NCBI GenBank assembly: GCA_963676915.2
Contig: CAXXVK010000022.1
Coordinates: forward strand, 1 to 61,270
Reading direction: 5' to 3'
Source: Myxococcota bacterium
GTDB taxonomy: Bacteria; Myxococcota_A; SURF-8; G963663525
Length of the DNA stretch: 61,270 nt
Numbering within the stretch: position 1 is the stretch's first letter; every line of letters begins with the position of its first letter. The position numbers and the translations under genes were made by a program. Under the pieces are notes generated by a model. The model did no database searches. It saw only the letters and a list, made by a program, of their open reading frames with translations, and was not told the DNA's origin. This document shows, one piece after another, positions 22,588-33,600 of this stretch.

Positions 22588-23367
22588 ATGTCGAAATGCT
22601 GGAGCCTATGGATGGTTTCACTTCTGGTGTTGTTCACCATGGGGTGTGCGGGGCGTCAACTCAATCTCAATCCCGCTCCCGGAAGTCGAACGCCTTACCA
22701 TATTCTAGTTGTGGATAAAATCACCAACGAGCGGCAGGCCCAGGGGTTGGCGCAATTGCTTGAAAGCAAAGGGGAACGCGCCGTCGTTTTGTTGGATCTG
22801 GAGCATTTCGAGAATCCGGATCTCCTTCTTTCGCTCAAAGACAAAGTCGATTTCTTCCTGCGTTCCGGCGTGGATCACAAAGTGACACAGGCCGAATGGG
22901 ATGTCGTTGGAACCTGGGCGGTCCCGATGGAAATGTGCGTCAAAGGCGTCTGGAGATTCCGTGGAAGCAAGCCGCCGGAATTCGAAGGCAATTACGTTTC
23001 GTGCGGAAAACAACCGGTGATCGTCAACGAAGTGGCGGAGAACACGTTTTCCGTCATGGTGAAAATGGACCGTCTTCCTCCCGCACCGGAACGAGTCATC
23101 ATTCCGATTTTCGAAGCCGGTGATTCTACATCGGTATTTTCCATGAAGGATATCGCGCTTCCGCTGGGTGGCGAGTCCTCGCCTGCCGGAATCATTCACG
23201 TTTTCGGCCTGCGCTTTGAATCGATTCACAAAGGACACGCCCGGATGCTCGACGAATGGTTCGCCGAACGTCGCCGGGAAGACTCCATGTTCCTTCCGGT
23301 GGAGCATTTTGTCGATCTTCCTTGGAAAAAGGCAGGGGCTGAGGCGCAAGTCATCCCCGGCCAGTAA
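22588..23367 (+). CDS. Hypothetical lipoprotein
   Basis: GGAGG RBS; lipobox TMGC. Confidence 0.7.
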   Translation: MSKCWSLWMVSLLVLFTMGCAGRQLNLNPAPGSRTPYHILVVDKITNERQAQGLAQLLESKGERAVVLLDLEHFENPDLLLSLKDKVDFFLRSGVDHKVTQAEWDVVGTWAVPMEMCVKGVWRFRGSKPPEFEGNYVSCGKQPVIVNEVAENTFSVMVKMDRLPPAPERVIIPIFEAGDSTSVFSMKDIALPLGGESSPAGIIHVFGLRFESIHKGHARMLDEWFAERRREDSMFLPVEHFVDLPWKKAGAEAQVIPGQ

Positions 23368-23380
23368 TTCGGGAGTCACC

Positions 23381-24250
23381 ATGCGCATCGCCTTGATCGG
23401 CTCGAATGGCCAACTGGCACGCGACATCGCCGAAACCTGGCCCCAGCGCTTCGACTGCCGCTTCCTTCCTTTCGACCTCGACACGTTGGACATTTCCCGG
23501 CGCGATCGGGTGATGACTCTGCTCGAAGAGGCTCACCCCGACCTGGTTGTCAGTTGTGCGGCGTTTCACCGGGTGGATCTTTGCGAAACCGAGGTCACCC
23601 GAACCTACGAAGTCAACGTTATCGGTCACCAGAACCTTGCGGAATTCTGTCTGGCGCACGGACTGGGGCTGATGTATTTTTCCACCGATTACGTTTTCGA
23701 TGGGAAATCGAGTCGCCCTTACATCGAAACCGACCTTGCTCATCCGCTTTCTGTTTACGGTCATTCCAAACTGGCAGCAGAGTTCGTTGTCTCGAAAACC
23801 CTTGAAAAACATTGGGTTATCCGTACAAGCGCTTTGTATGGCTTGGGTGGGGCTACAGGCCGGGGAGGCAATTTCGTGGACGTGATGTTGATGCACGCCC
23901 GGAAGGGTCGCCCGTTACGTGTGGTGGACGATCAGGTGGTGACGCCGACTTCCACCTTGGAGTTGGCCCGCACCATGGCCGAACTGGTGGATAGCTCCTC
24001 GTACGGCCTGTTTCATGCCTCCGCGCTCGGTGAAACGAGTTGGTACGAGTTCGCCCGCCGCGTGTTCGAAGAAACCGGGGTCGAGGCGGATCTCTCCCCC
24101 GTGTCCAGCGCGGAATACGGAGCCGCCGCCCGGCGTCCGCCGTACTCGGTGCTGGAAAACCGCGCCTTGTCCGAGGCAGGCATCCGGCAGCACTTCACGG
24201 AATGGACCGAAGGGCTGAAACGTCACGTTCAAGCCTTGAAAAGCGTGTGA
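23381..24250 (+). CDS. rfbD: dTDP-4-dehydrorhamnose reductase
   Basis: GSNGQLA, STDYVFDG, YGHSK, VVDDQ, ARRP.YS.L. Confidence 0.93.
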   Translation: MRIALIGSNGQLARDIAETWPQRFDCRFLPFDLDTLDISRRDRVMTLLEEAHPDLVVSCAAFHRVDLCETEVTRTYEVNVIGHQNLAEFCLAHGLGLMYFSTDYVFDGKSSRPYIETDLAHPLSVYGHSKLAAEFVVSKTLEKHWVIRTSALYGLGGATGRGGNFVDVMLMHARKGRPLRVVDDQVVTPTSTLELARTMAELVDSSSYGLFHASALGETSWYEFARRVFEETGVEADLSPVSSAEYGAAARRPPYSVLENRALSEAGIRQHFTEWTEGLKRHVQALKSV

Positions 24251-24278
24251 ATGTAGCCGGTTACGTGGATACCCTCTC

Positions 24279-24357
24279 GATGGACGGGGGATTGTATCCC
24301 CGTTCAGACGTTTTTTCATGGCAAAACGTGCGGAGCAGGATGCAATCCTGCTCCATC
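24279..24357. repeat. Repeat family C (GATGG-footed REP doublet)
   Basis: GATGGACGGGGGATTGTATCCCCGTTC..GGAGCAGGATGCAATCCTGCTCCATC; homologous to 36694-36775. Confidence 0.8.
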
Positions 24358-24588
24358 ATTACAAAAACTACCCTTCCAAATATCTTAATGTAATTGTTTA
24401 GGGTTGACTTTAAAACTTTAATGAGCCATGCTTTTTTTAAGAGCTATAAAGGAGGTTCAATTATGATTCACAATAAAAATGACATTGGCGGAAATAACGG
24501 TAATCACTAATGATTATCGAAGTAACCAATTCATGAAAGGGTGGTTTGTCTTGATGATCCGCCTTTTGAATGAACGCTTGGTTGTCTT

Positions 24589-25101
24589 TTAATCCATCTT
24601 CTTCGCCAGTCTTGAAGCCAACGAGCGGGCGACTTCGGAGACTTCATCGAAAGACACTCTCCCCGACCAACTTGCCCCGGCGATGACTTGACCCGTTTCG
24701 ATCTTCACCACTCGTACCGACATGTGGGTCAGCTTGCCGGAACGGGAATCCATTGACCCCAGTATCAGGTAATTGACGTTGTTGAGCACCAACGCTTGCT
24801 GGGCGTCTCCCTCGATCATGCCGGTTTGAGTCATTTCGTGTTCTCTGAAGATCGGATCGAGCTGGCTGCGCTCGATGATGATGTAGCCTTTCCCAAGCAA
24901 CGCCAGCGTCACCGCATCGGTAAGGATCTTCTGGTAATCCCGGCGATCGCCGGTAAATCCCAAAATGCCGAATTTCATTGTGGTTTTGTCCAATTGAAGA
25001 TCGGGAATCACGTAGGCCCGCGTATTGGTTTCCACGCATCCGGCAACAAGCATGAGGAAGAAAACGGAAAGCACGATTTTCGTCATGAGGAAACGGTTCA
25101 T
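24589..25101 (-). CDS. CsgG/FlgO-like lipoprotein
   Basis: Lipobox VAGC; IIERSQLD..F.E, YLILGS, VRVVKIETGQVI. Confidence 0.8.
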   Translation of the reverse strand: MNRFLMTKIVLSVFFLMLVAGCVETNTRAYVIPDLQLDKTTMKFGILGFTGDRRDYQKILTDAVTLALLGKGYIIIERSQLDPIFREHEMTQTGMIEGDAQQALVLNNVNYLILGSMDSRSGKLTHMSVRVVKIETGQVIAGASWSGRVSFDEVSEVARSLASRLAKKMD

Positions 25102-25467
25102 ATCATCTCCCTGTCCGTGTTCACACGAAGGATGGCTTTTACCATCTATTTCCACGATTCAGCGCAAACCGAGAGCCTTTCCCCGGTGTAAGATCGAATA
25201 CGAATTGTACGTAATGTATTGGAACGTCAAACCGAGTGTCTTCGCCACAAATCGGACACGATTGTACCCGATTGGCCGGGTTTTTCCAAACCCGCTCTCC
25301 TCTTTTAGGGAAATCTGCATCTTGTTCGGAATAGGGCTTCCGACTCTCCGCCTTCGGTTTGAAAACTCGACGTGAAACGAAGGGTTCCGTTCCGTAGAGC
25401 TGAATCAACTCGTTGAAGATATAGCAGTTATTATTTGGTGTTAGCGATGGAGAACCTTGGAAATGAA

Positions 25468-25555
25468 GGGTGGCACGGGCCAAGCGACGTGAAACGTCCG
25501 CTTGCCCGTGTGCAAACGATCACCATGGGCAACCTGCGGTTAGCCCATGCCACCC
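25468..25555 (+). repeat. Repeat family B core
   Basis: GGGTGGCACGGGC..GCCCGTG..CATGGGC..GCCCATGCCACCC. Confidence 0.8.
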
Positions 25556-25623
25556 CTCTTATGAAAAGGATAGGGAGCGCTAAAACCAAATAGTAACTGC
25601 TATAAAAGGAAAAATCCGACAGT

Positions 25624-27126
25624 TTAGCGCGTCAACACCTCGAGAGTCGAAGCAATCAAATGATCGATGGTCGGTTGGGCGGGCACGATCGCCGAAACGC
25701 CGCCGACTTCCTCGATGATCCGAGCCGTTTTACGTCCCATCGGCACCAGTTTCGCCCGGCCATCGGTGATCAACTCGGGAAAGGCTGCGGCCAGTGAACG
25801 CACGCCCGTACCGGAGGTGAACAACACGGCGTCCACGCCCCGTTCGATCAGTTTCGTCACCGCCGGATCGACCGGAATGGCTACGGTATCGTAAATTTTC
25901 AACGACGTTGGTTGATATCCCGCCTTTTCGAGCCTTCCCGGCAGTTCCATGTCGGCGGCAGTCGTGCGCGGCAATAGGATTTTCGCACCCTCGGGTAGTC
26001 CGGCGGCTCGGATGGCATCCACCACCTTGCCTCCTCCGACGCGCTCGGGAACGATCTGGGGCTGCCAGCCTTCATGAATCAGGCTACGAGCCACGGCAGG
26101 AGACGCCGCCGCAACCGGAGGCAGCCGAAACAGTTTCGACCGCCCCAGCCCCGCGAGTTTTTCCGAAAAGATCCGACCCGCGATAACGCTGGAAAAGATA
26201 ATCAAATCATAGTCTTGCACCGATTCCAAGCAAGCATCGATCTCGGGATCGTCCCGCCCGATACACTGCACGACCGGCACGTCGTACACACGCGCTCCCT
26301 GGGCGCGCAACGGTGGAGCCACCGGATAAATGCGCTCGACGGCACGGGCCAGAATGATTTTTTTCCCGGCCAGCGGTCCCGAGTGCCAACCTTTGAGTTC
26401 TCTTGTAATATTGACGGCTTTGCCCACCACGATCAGCGACGGTGGCCGGATGTTTTCCGTTTTGACAACCTCGGCGATGGTATCCAGGGTTCCATGCACC
26501 ATTCTTTGAGTGGGTAGAGACCCTTCCTGAATCGCCGCTACCGGAGTACTTGGTTCCATCCCACCCGACAACAAGCCTTTTACGATGTTGGGCAGGTTGG
26601 ACACCGACATGAAAAACACCAGCGTATGGTTCAGATTCGCCAGATGTTCCCAAGGGAAATCCAGCTTTCCATCGGCGGCGGCGTGGCCGGTGAGAAACGT
26701 CACGCCCTGGGACACTTTCCGGCAGGTCAGAGGCAATCCGGCACAGCCGGGAACGCCCGTTCCCGAAGACACGCCCGGCACCACCTCGTATTCGATGCCT
26801 TCGTTCGCCAGCCGGAACGCTTCTTCTCCTCCACGTCCGAAGATGAAGGGATCGCCGCCTTTGAATCGAACCACGGTTTTACCTTCGCGGGCGAGGCGAA
26901 CCAACAGATCCTCGATTTCGTTTTGTGGAAGAGCATGCACGCCTGAGCGTTTGCCGACATAGTATTTTTCGCCGGGAGCGGCCAAAACAGGTTCATCGGG
27001 AGCCATGGCATCGTAGACGATGGCGTCGGCGTCCTGTAACAATTGTTCCGCCTGATGCGTCAATAACTCCAAAGCGCCCGGACCACCGCCTACAAGATAG
27101 ACTTTTCCCGTTGTTTCGCTATCCAT
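25624..27126 (-). CDS. cobA: Uroporphyrinogen-III C-methyltransferase / uroporphyrinogen-III synthase fusion (CobA-HemD)
   Basis: VYLVGGGPG, RFKGGDPFIFGRGGEE, VPGVSS; C-terminal HemD region with FTSG. Confidence 0.92.
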   Translation of the reverse strand: MDSETTGKVYLVGGGPGALELLTHQAEQLLQDADAIVYDAMAPDEPVLAAPGEKYYVGKRSGVHALPQNEIEDLLVRLAREGKTVVRFKGGDPFIFGRGGEEAFRLANEGIEYEVVPGVSSGTGVPGCAGLPLTCRKVSQGVTFLTGHAAADGKLDFPWEHLANLNHTLVFFMSVSNLPNIVKGLLSGGMEPSTPVAAIQEGSLPTQRMVHGTLDTIAEVVKTENIRPPSLIVVGKAVNITRELKGWHSGPLAGKKIILARAVERIYPVAPPLRAQGARVYDVPVVQCIGRDDPEIDACLESVQDYDLIIFSSVIAGRIFSEKLAGLGRSKLFRLPPVAAASPAVARSLIHEGWQPQIVPERVGGGKVVDAIRAAGLPEGAKILLPRTTAADMELPGRLEKAGYQPTSLKIYDTVAIPVDPAVTKLIERGVDAVLFTSGTGVRSLAAAFPELITDGRAKLVPMGRKTARIIEEVGGVSAIVPAQPTIDHLIASTLEVLTR

Positions 27127-27587
27127 TCCTCTACCCGGCTCGTTTGTCCACCGTCCACCCAAAGGTGGTATGATCTTAATGATTTATCGCTCAACTGCAA
27201 GGACTTCCCGCAGTAAGAAATATTATTGAGCGAGTAAGGTTCTTGCAAAAAAAACAGAACTTTTTCAATAGCCTTTGCAGACATCCTGTGTCATCGTCTT
27301 ACGCGCAAAGCGCTAAAGGCTGTGTTTTCAATCATTTGCGCCGTTTCACGGAGCATTCATCCAGAAGGTTTTTGCAAGTGCTTTGTAGTGAAAATCCATT
27401 TCATACGAATTTTTCTATTTCTTTCCGTCAAAATATACGATACGCTCAGCAGTGATGGGTTCCACAAAAACTCGTATTTTGTGGAAAAGTGGAACAATTC
27501 GTATTTTATTCAAAAGCTTGAAAGGGTTCGCATTGGGGAGGCGGCACCCGAACGAAGCGACAAGACCATCCGGCAGGAGACCTCTAC

Positions 27588-27968
27588 GTGAAGATTCTCA
27601 TCATCGACGATGCCAATGATGTGCGACGCATCATCAAATTTCTTTTCGAAAAGAAATACGGCATCGATGTGTTTGAAGCCGACAACGGAAAAGACGGCTT
27701 CGAACTCGCCTGCATCTTACAGCCCGACCTGATTCTGCTCGATTTCATCATGCCGATCATGAACGGTCCCGAGACGTTGAAACAGCTTGTCAGCGATCCT
27801 CGGACATCCGAACTTCCCGTTGTGATGCTGACCAGCAAAGAAAGCAAAGAAGAGACCCAGCAATTGATCGAAATGGGTGCTCGCGACTGGATCAGCAAAA
27901 TGGTTCCCGCCACCGAACTGACAAGGCAAATCTACCGAAAACTGACCGAAATCACTACCGGTTACTGA
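27588..27968 (+). CDS. Single-domain response regulator
   Basis: KILIIDD, PDLILLD..MP.MNG, MLTS, ISK. Confidence 0.92.
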   Translation: MKILIIDDANDVRRIIKFLFEKKYGIDVFEADNGKDGFELACILQPDLILLDFIMPIMNGPETLKQLVSDPRTSELPVVMLTSKESKEETQQLIEMGARDWISKMVPATELTRQIYRKLTEITTGY

Positions 27969-28016
27969 CGTTTCGGCTGTAATTCCATTAAAAAATCATT
28001 TTCACAAGAAAGCCCA

Positions 28017-28044
28017 TTGACAACGGTTTTAGGGGATTTATAGT
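28017..28044 (+). promoter_or_regulatory. Putative sigma70 promoter
   Basis: TTGACA-16 nt-TATAGT. Confidence 0.4.
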
Positions 28045-28134
28045 GAAAAAATCAGATGGAAGTAAGTTTATAGACATTCGTCAGTAGCTGCAGAAACTTC
28101 TCAGCCTGATGACCAAACCACGGGAAACAACGAC

Positions 28135-28473
28135 ATGACATACCGAATCTCGATGCTCCTTCTTTTCATGGCGGTTTTTAGTGCCGTCGTACTTATCGGA
28201 ACGGGATTCTCGCAGGTTGATGCCGCCACGGAAACCGCCTGTGAAGAAACGGAAAGCTTTTGTTCCGCAGACCTCGCGCCGGCTGCCGTAACCCAGGGTT
28301 GCCCTTATCGCAACAAAGCGAAAAAAGCCCAGGGAGAATGCCCCTTTAAAAAGGCACAAGCCGCCCAAGGCGAGAAAAATTCCGAAGGGAACGACAGCGC
28401 ACAGGCTGCTGTCGAATGTCCTTACAAACACGAATGTGGAAAAGACTGCAACTGCAACAAAACCGACGAGTGA
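28135..28473 (+). CDS. Small exported Cys-rich protein
   Basis: Signal peptide; CPY/CPF x3 and ECGKDCNC. Confidence 0.65.
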   Translation: MTYRISMLLLFMAVFSAVVLIGTGFSQVDAATETACEETESFCSADLAPAAVTQGCPYRNKAKKAQGECPFKKAQAAQGEKNSEGNDSAQAAVECPYKHECGKDCNCNKTDE

Positions 28474-28540
28474 TCTTCTTCACCGTCAACTCTCCTTCCT
28501 TTCCTCCTCCAACGATTTTCCTTTCTTGAGTGTCAAAGCC

Positions 28541-28567
28541 TCCCGCCCCCACCCAAAGGGGGCGGGA
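28541..28567 (+). terminator. GC-rich hairpin, possible terminator
   Basis: TCCCGCCCCC-7 nt-GGGGGCGGGA; weak U tract. Confidence 0.4.
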
Positions 28568-28754
28568 TGTCTTGCCGATTTGTCGCTTTTGTTCTCTTGT
28601 TTGCAAATGCGAGTTCATCGGGTACAATGAGATGCGCGACCGTTCGGGTTTCCGAACAAACAGGCGGTGGATTCGAACGTAAACGAGGTTCACCCACGAA
28701 TCCGACGAATGGAGCGCCGGGACGTTTTTGCGATCCGGCTTGAAAGGTTGATTT

Positions 28755-29777
28755 ATGCGGATCTGGAAAAAAAGCCACCAATTCGTGTCATTTTTGAATG
28801 AATACAATGGATGCAAAGCGCTGGTCCTGACTCATCAGAACCCTGATCCGGACTGTCTGGCCGGATCGATGCTGTTGCGACGGGTATTTCAGGATGGTCA
28901 CAAAATGGATTGCACCATCGGTTACAGCGGAATCATCGGACGTGCCGAAAACCGCGCCATGGCCGAGCTTTGCAAAATACCGCTGGTCAATATACGCCAG
29001 CTCAATCTGAAAGATTTCGATTTCCTGGCTTTGATCGACACCCAGCCGGGAGTCGGAAACAATGCGCTTCCGGGTGAGTTGAAACCTACCGTCGTGGTCG
29101 ATCACCATCCTCGGAAACAAGGCTCGAAAGGCGTCAAATGGGTGGATGTCCGTACCCGTTACGGAGCTTCGGCCACAATCGCTCACGAATATTTTTGGGC
29201 ACACAACCTCAAACTCAACACGTTGGAATCCACGGCTCTGTTTTATGCCATCAAAAGCGAAACGCAGGATCTGGGACGCGAAGCCAGCACCCCGGACCGG
29301 CGGTTGTATTTCACACTGGCTCCCCAGGTCGACAACGAGTTGCTGTACGAAATCACCAATGCCAAACTTGACCGGGGATACTTTCAAATGCTCGATCGAG
29401 CCCTGGGAAATGCACGAACCCATAACGACGTTCTGATTACGGAACTGGACGAGATCCGCATTCCCGATCACGTCGCCGAAGTGGCCGATATGCTGTTACG
29501 GCTGCGCTCGATCCGCTGGACGCTGGTGATGGGTTACTATCGTCAGTCGATTTTTCTTTCCCTGCGCACCACCCGCCGCGATATGGACGCCGGTGCGATC
29601 ATGGAATCGCTGGTCGAAAACATCGGAACAGGCGGGGGACACGAAATGATGGCCGGAGGACGCATCGACCAGGTCCCTGCGGAGAAAAAAGCCGAACTGA
29701 ACGCAGAAATCGCCGAGCGGCTACTCAAAGCCCTGAGAAAACGCGCCGGTGCGGAAGACCTGATCGTTTCGGAATGA
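28755..29777 (+). CDS. DHH family phosphoesterase (NrnA-like)
   Basis: THQNPDPD, LIDT, VDHH, GGGH.MAGG. Confidence 0.92.
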   Translation: MRIWKKSHQFVSFLNEYNGCKALVLTHQNPDPDCLAGSMLLRRVFQDGHKMDCTIGYSGIIGRAENRAMAELCKIPLVNIRQLNLKDFDFLALIDTQPGVGNNALPGELKPTVVVDHHPRKQGSKGVKWVDVRTRYGASATIAHEYFWAHNLKLNTLESTALFYAIKSETQDLGREASTPDRRLYFTLAPQVDNELLYEITNAKLDRGYFQMLDRALGNARTHNDVLITELDEIRIPDHVAEVADMLLRLRSIRWTLVMGYYRQSIFLSLRTTRRDMDAGAIMESLVENIGTGGGHEMMAGGRIDQVPAEKKAELNAEIAERLLKALRKRAGAEDLIVSE

Positions 29778-30589
29778 TGGAGACTGCCTTGACCCCTCCC
29801 ACACGACGCCCTGCCCCCCTCGATACCCTGCTTTCGGAAGATGTCCGACGACTGGAGCTGTTTGTCAGCGATATCGACGGAACGTTGACCACCGAAGGAC
29901 GTTTTCCCGAAGATTTGTTCCATTACTTCAAGCGCTTGCGTGACTGCGGGCTGCGCATCGTTCTGGCCACGGGACGCAGTGCGGGCATGGCTCAATCGTT
30001 GGCGATCGCGTTTCCTTTTATCGAAGGCGTGATCGGTGAAAACGGTGCCGTCTACTACCCCGCCGATGGAGACGGGGACGTGCTCTGGTTGAACGAGGAA
30101 ATGGCCGGAGAGGATTTTCGACGCCGGATGCAGGAAACGTGGCAGGACATCGCCGAACGCTATCCCATCCGAAAGACGACCGATGCGGTGTTTCGGCTGG
30201 CGGAAATCAGTTTCGTGCGTGAAAAATCGTTCGGTTTCAAATCGTTACGTGAAATGGAAGCCATTGCCGAAGATCACGGCCTTGGACTGACCGCCTCGAC
30301 GATCCACGTCCACATCATGCACCCTGCGGCGGGAAAAGACCGCATGGTGAAACGTCTATGCCGGGATTGGGGATTCGATGCTTACGAACAGGTCGTGACC
30401 ATGGGCGACAGCCCCAACGACCGACCGCTGTTTACCCCGGAAAATTTCAGGGTCAGTATCGGAACGGCGGGGATTGCGGAATTTACCGAAGAATTGGGTC
30501 CAGATCACCCGGCTTTCATAACGCCTTCAACCGAATCGGAAGGTTTCAAAGAGGCGGTCCGAATGATCGTTAAACGACGTGAAAGGTAA
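29774..30589 (+). CDS. HAD superfamily hydrolase (subfamily IIB)
   Basis: DIDGTLT, ATGR, ENGA, GDSPND. Confidence 0.9.
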   Translation: MMETALTPPTRRPAPLDTLLSEDVRRLELFVSDIDGTLTTEGRFPEDLFHYFKRLRDCGLRIVLATGRSAGMAQSLAIAFPFIEGVIGENGAVYYPADGDGDVLWLNEEMAGEDFRRRMQETWQDIAERYPIRKTTDAVFRLAEISFVREKSFGFKSLREMEAIAEDHGLGLTASTIHVHIMHPAAGKDRMVKRLCRDWGFDAYEQVVTMGDSPNDRPLFTPENFRVSIGTAGIAEFTEELGPDHPAFITPSTESEGFKEAVRMIVKRRER

Positions 30590-30617
30590 CGGTTTGTCTC
30601 GATTTTGCAGAATATCG

Positions 30618-33600
30618 ATGTCTCGGCTCTCCGTCTTGAGCCTGCTCGTTACGGTTTTTCTCGTAACACCGGTATGGGCCAATGCGACAAAAACCCAAAC
30701 ACCTACAATCGATCCGGCAAAACCTGCGCAGGAAACGAAAGCCGTCGAACCGCCTTCTCCCGAAACGATCCGACACAATCTGGATATTTTTGAGTCAAAA
30801 CATGCCTGGCTGGCCATGGCGATCGAAGCCCGCAAGCTGGAGACGCTCGATCCCGAACGGATGCACTATGCCCTGTTTCGGGCCTATGCGGCCTGCGGTT
30901 ACGTAGCGGGAGCATTGGGGGCTATCGAGTGGCTGGACGAAAGGTTGTCGGCCCGCCTGTCCAAAGGGGGGATGTCGGACGAATGGGAGCCGCGCATCGT
31001 CGAAATGTTTCGTTTTTTGCGCCAATGGGAAAGTTCGCAACCCTGGGCGGAAAAACTCGACCACTGGAGCCACGGCAACCCCACCTGGGTTTCCCTGCGC
31101 TTCGAGTGGTTCCGCTGGCTGCACTGGCTGAAGGGCGAAGCCGTCGCCTTGAGTGCGCTGGAACGCTACGAACCCGAACCGAAAAACATTCATTTCGGTC
31201 TCGCCTATGCTCGATACCTGCATGAAAACGGACAGGACGGGCAGGCCCATATCGTCGTGCTGGAATCCCTGAAAAACGCGGATCGCGACGATGTCGAAAT
31301 CCGCAGCAAGGCCGCGAAATTTTTACTGGAAATCGGCTCCCATCGGGCGGCGTTGCGCTTGCTGAAGCCTCTGGTCCGCACTCCGGAGCTTTTCGAAGAC
31401 GCTCTTGAAAACGCGCATGAAATTCCAGGGTTGGAAGAAAACGTCGCAGCCTGGGCCAAAGGCTCGGTTTCTCCCGCGCCTAAAAAAATCCTCGCAGCGG
31501 GACGCTATCTGGTATCGGTACGTCAGTTTACCGAGGCCGAAAACCTGCTGAAAAAACTTGAAGGAACGGACTTCGAAACGAGGCTTGTCCGCATCGCCCT
31601 TTTACGACTGCTGGCCGATTCCGGGGCCGATTACAAGAAACGCGGAGAATGGATCAAAACTTGGGGCGACGAAGCCACCGCCGCGTTCGCTTCCGGTTTG
31701 TCGCTCGAAAATGAACTGCGACTACTCGAAACTTTTCCGCAAACCCGTCATAAAGTGAGTGCTCAGGTCAAATACCTGCAAGCCCTGGATCGGATATCGG
31801 CAAACGAAGCGTTGTCGCTGTTCGACCGGCTGTCCCTCGTATCGTCTCTGATGGACGCCAGACGAGTGGATCGAGCAAAAAAACTGCTGATGTCGGGGTT
31901 GGATGCCACTTTGTCGAAGCCCGGTTCGCCGCCATCCGACGCCGCCACCGATGAGGCTTTGGTCTGGTTGAGCGCCGTGTTCCGAACGGTCGAGGCCAAT
32001 CCCGACAAACTTCCGACAAGCAGCCTCACCAACCAGTTGAAACGCGATCTTGCCCGACTCGTGCCACCGCCCAGCGGTCGCGATCTTTCTCAAGAGGATA
32101 TTTCGAGGCATTTTCTCACCGCAAAATTGCTGTACGATCTCGGAGATCATCAGCAGGCCCGTAATCGGATAGAAGCGCTGGTGACGCCTGTGTCCGTGAA
32201 AAACGATGAAAAAAACGAAACGAAACCGGCTCCCCAAAAGGTCGAGAACTGGCGGCCCGATCCCCTCGATACGGCGGTGCTGCTTTCGACGATGACCCAA
32301 CGGTTCGTAATCAAGCCGGAATGGGAAGAAGCGATTGAAACCACAGAGGATTTCGACCGTCTAATCCTGCGCTGGCGATTGTGGTTGATTTGCGGTCGAA
32401 TCGAACAAGCACAAAACACCCACTACCTGCTACGGCAAAATCTCTCCGACGCGCCGCTTTTGGCTCGCAGATTGAGCGCCGCCTTTCAGCAGGTGGTGTC
32501 CGATCTGACGTTTTCCCATCGCAAGCCCCCCGTGATTCTGGATGTCGGCCTGATGCATCTGTATCATGCCGTACGTCTTGCGCGCCTGGAGCCGTCGTGG
32601 AACCGAATGGAAGAAATCGCTCTTTTGGTGAATCTTCAGGGAGATCCTCGGATCGACGATCCCATGCAGGCCCGCCGTTTCCGACTGGCATTGTGGACGA
32701 TGGAAGGCGAAATCGAGGAGTGGATTTTCAAACGTTTCAACCTGCCTTCCAAGGGTTCTGGCAACTCCGAGATGAAACCGGATGTCAAATACTGGGAGTT
32801 GTACGAGTTGATCATGCAACTCGAAAACACCGATTATCTCGAAGTCTTGTCCGATAGCGTTCCGATAAATGGCGACGATCCGAAGATGGGTTGGGAGGTC
32901 GTCCAGGCGCTCGGTTTACGCTACACCGAACAAGAGAACGACTTTTTCAAGCGCCTGGAACCGTGGATGGATTCGGTAGAGGACGCCGAGCTTCTGCTGA
33001 ATGCGGCGTTGTTGGTGGATGCCATGATCGACCGGCAGGCCGATGCGCTCGAAACGTTTCGTTCGTCTTGGATAACGCGAAAGAACTGGCTGGAAAAGGC
33101 CGAAAAACGGCTGGAAAAACTGGTTCCTGAGATCGTCCCGAAAGGGCAACTTGTCCTCGAACGCGATCCCCGTATTCACGACCATGCCGCCCGAGAGATG
33201 AAAAAACAGCTCGAAACGAACGCCGACGCTCTGTTGCTTTGCTTCCAGAAACACGGCGGTGACCGACGAATGGAGTTTCGTCTCGATCTAAGCTGCACCT
33301 CCGAGGGTCTGCCCGACCGCTTGCTGTTTCGCGATCTGGAAAAAGACGAATACCCGGTGCGGACCTGCCTTGAACCGTTGATTCATGCTATGCATTTCGA
33401 GAAGGTGGAGCCGCCGTTCGGATTCACACGGGTGATGTTCGAGTGGACGCCTACGGGTGGCGAAGGGCAGTCGTTGCGTTTTCAGTCTTCGATCGATGCG
33501 GCACGATCTCGACTGAATCGCGATGCAAAGGATTGGAAACAGCGCCTGAGCCTGAAAGAAGCCGACATCGAACGCCTGGAAGAGACAAAAGCCCGCCTGC

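Noticed and set aside
24360-24588. AT-rich spacer with an RBS and a 15-codon ORF
   Set aside because: Too short to support, with no attenuator or recognisable motif.
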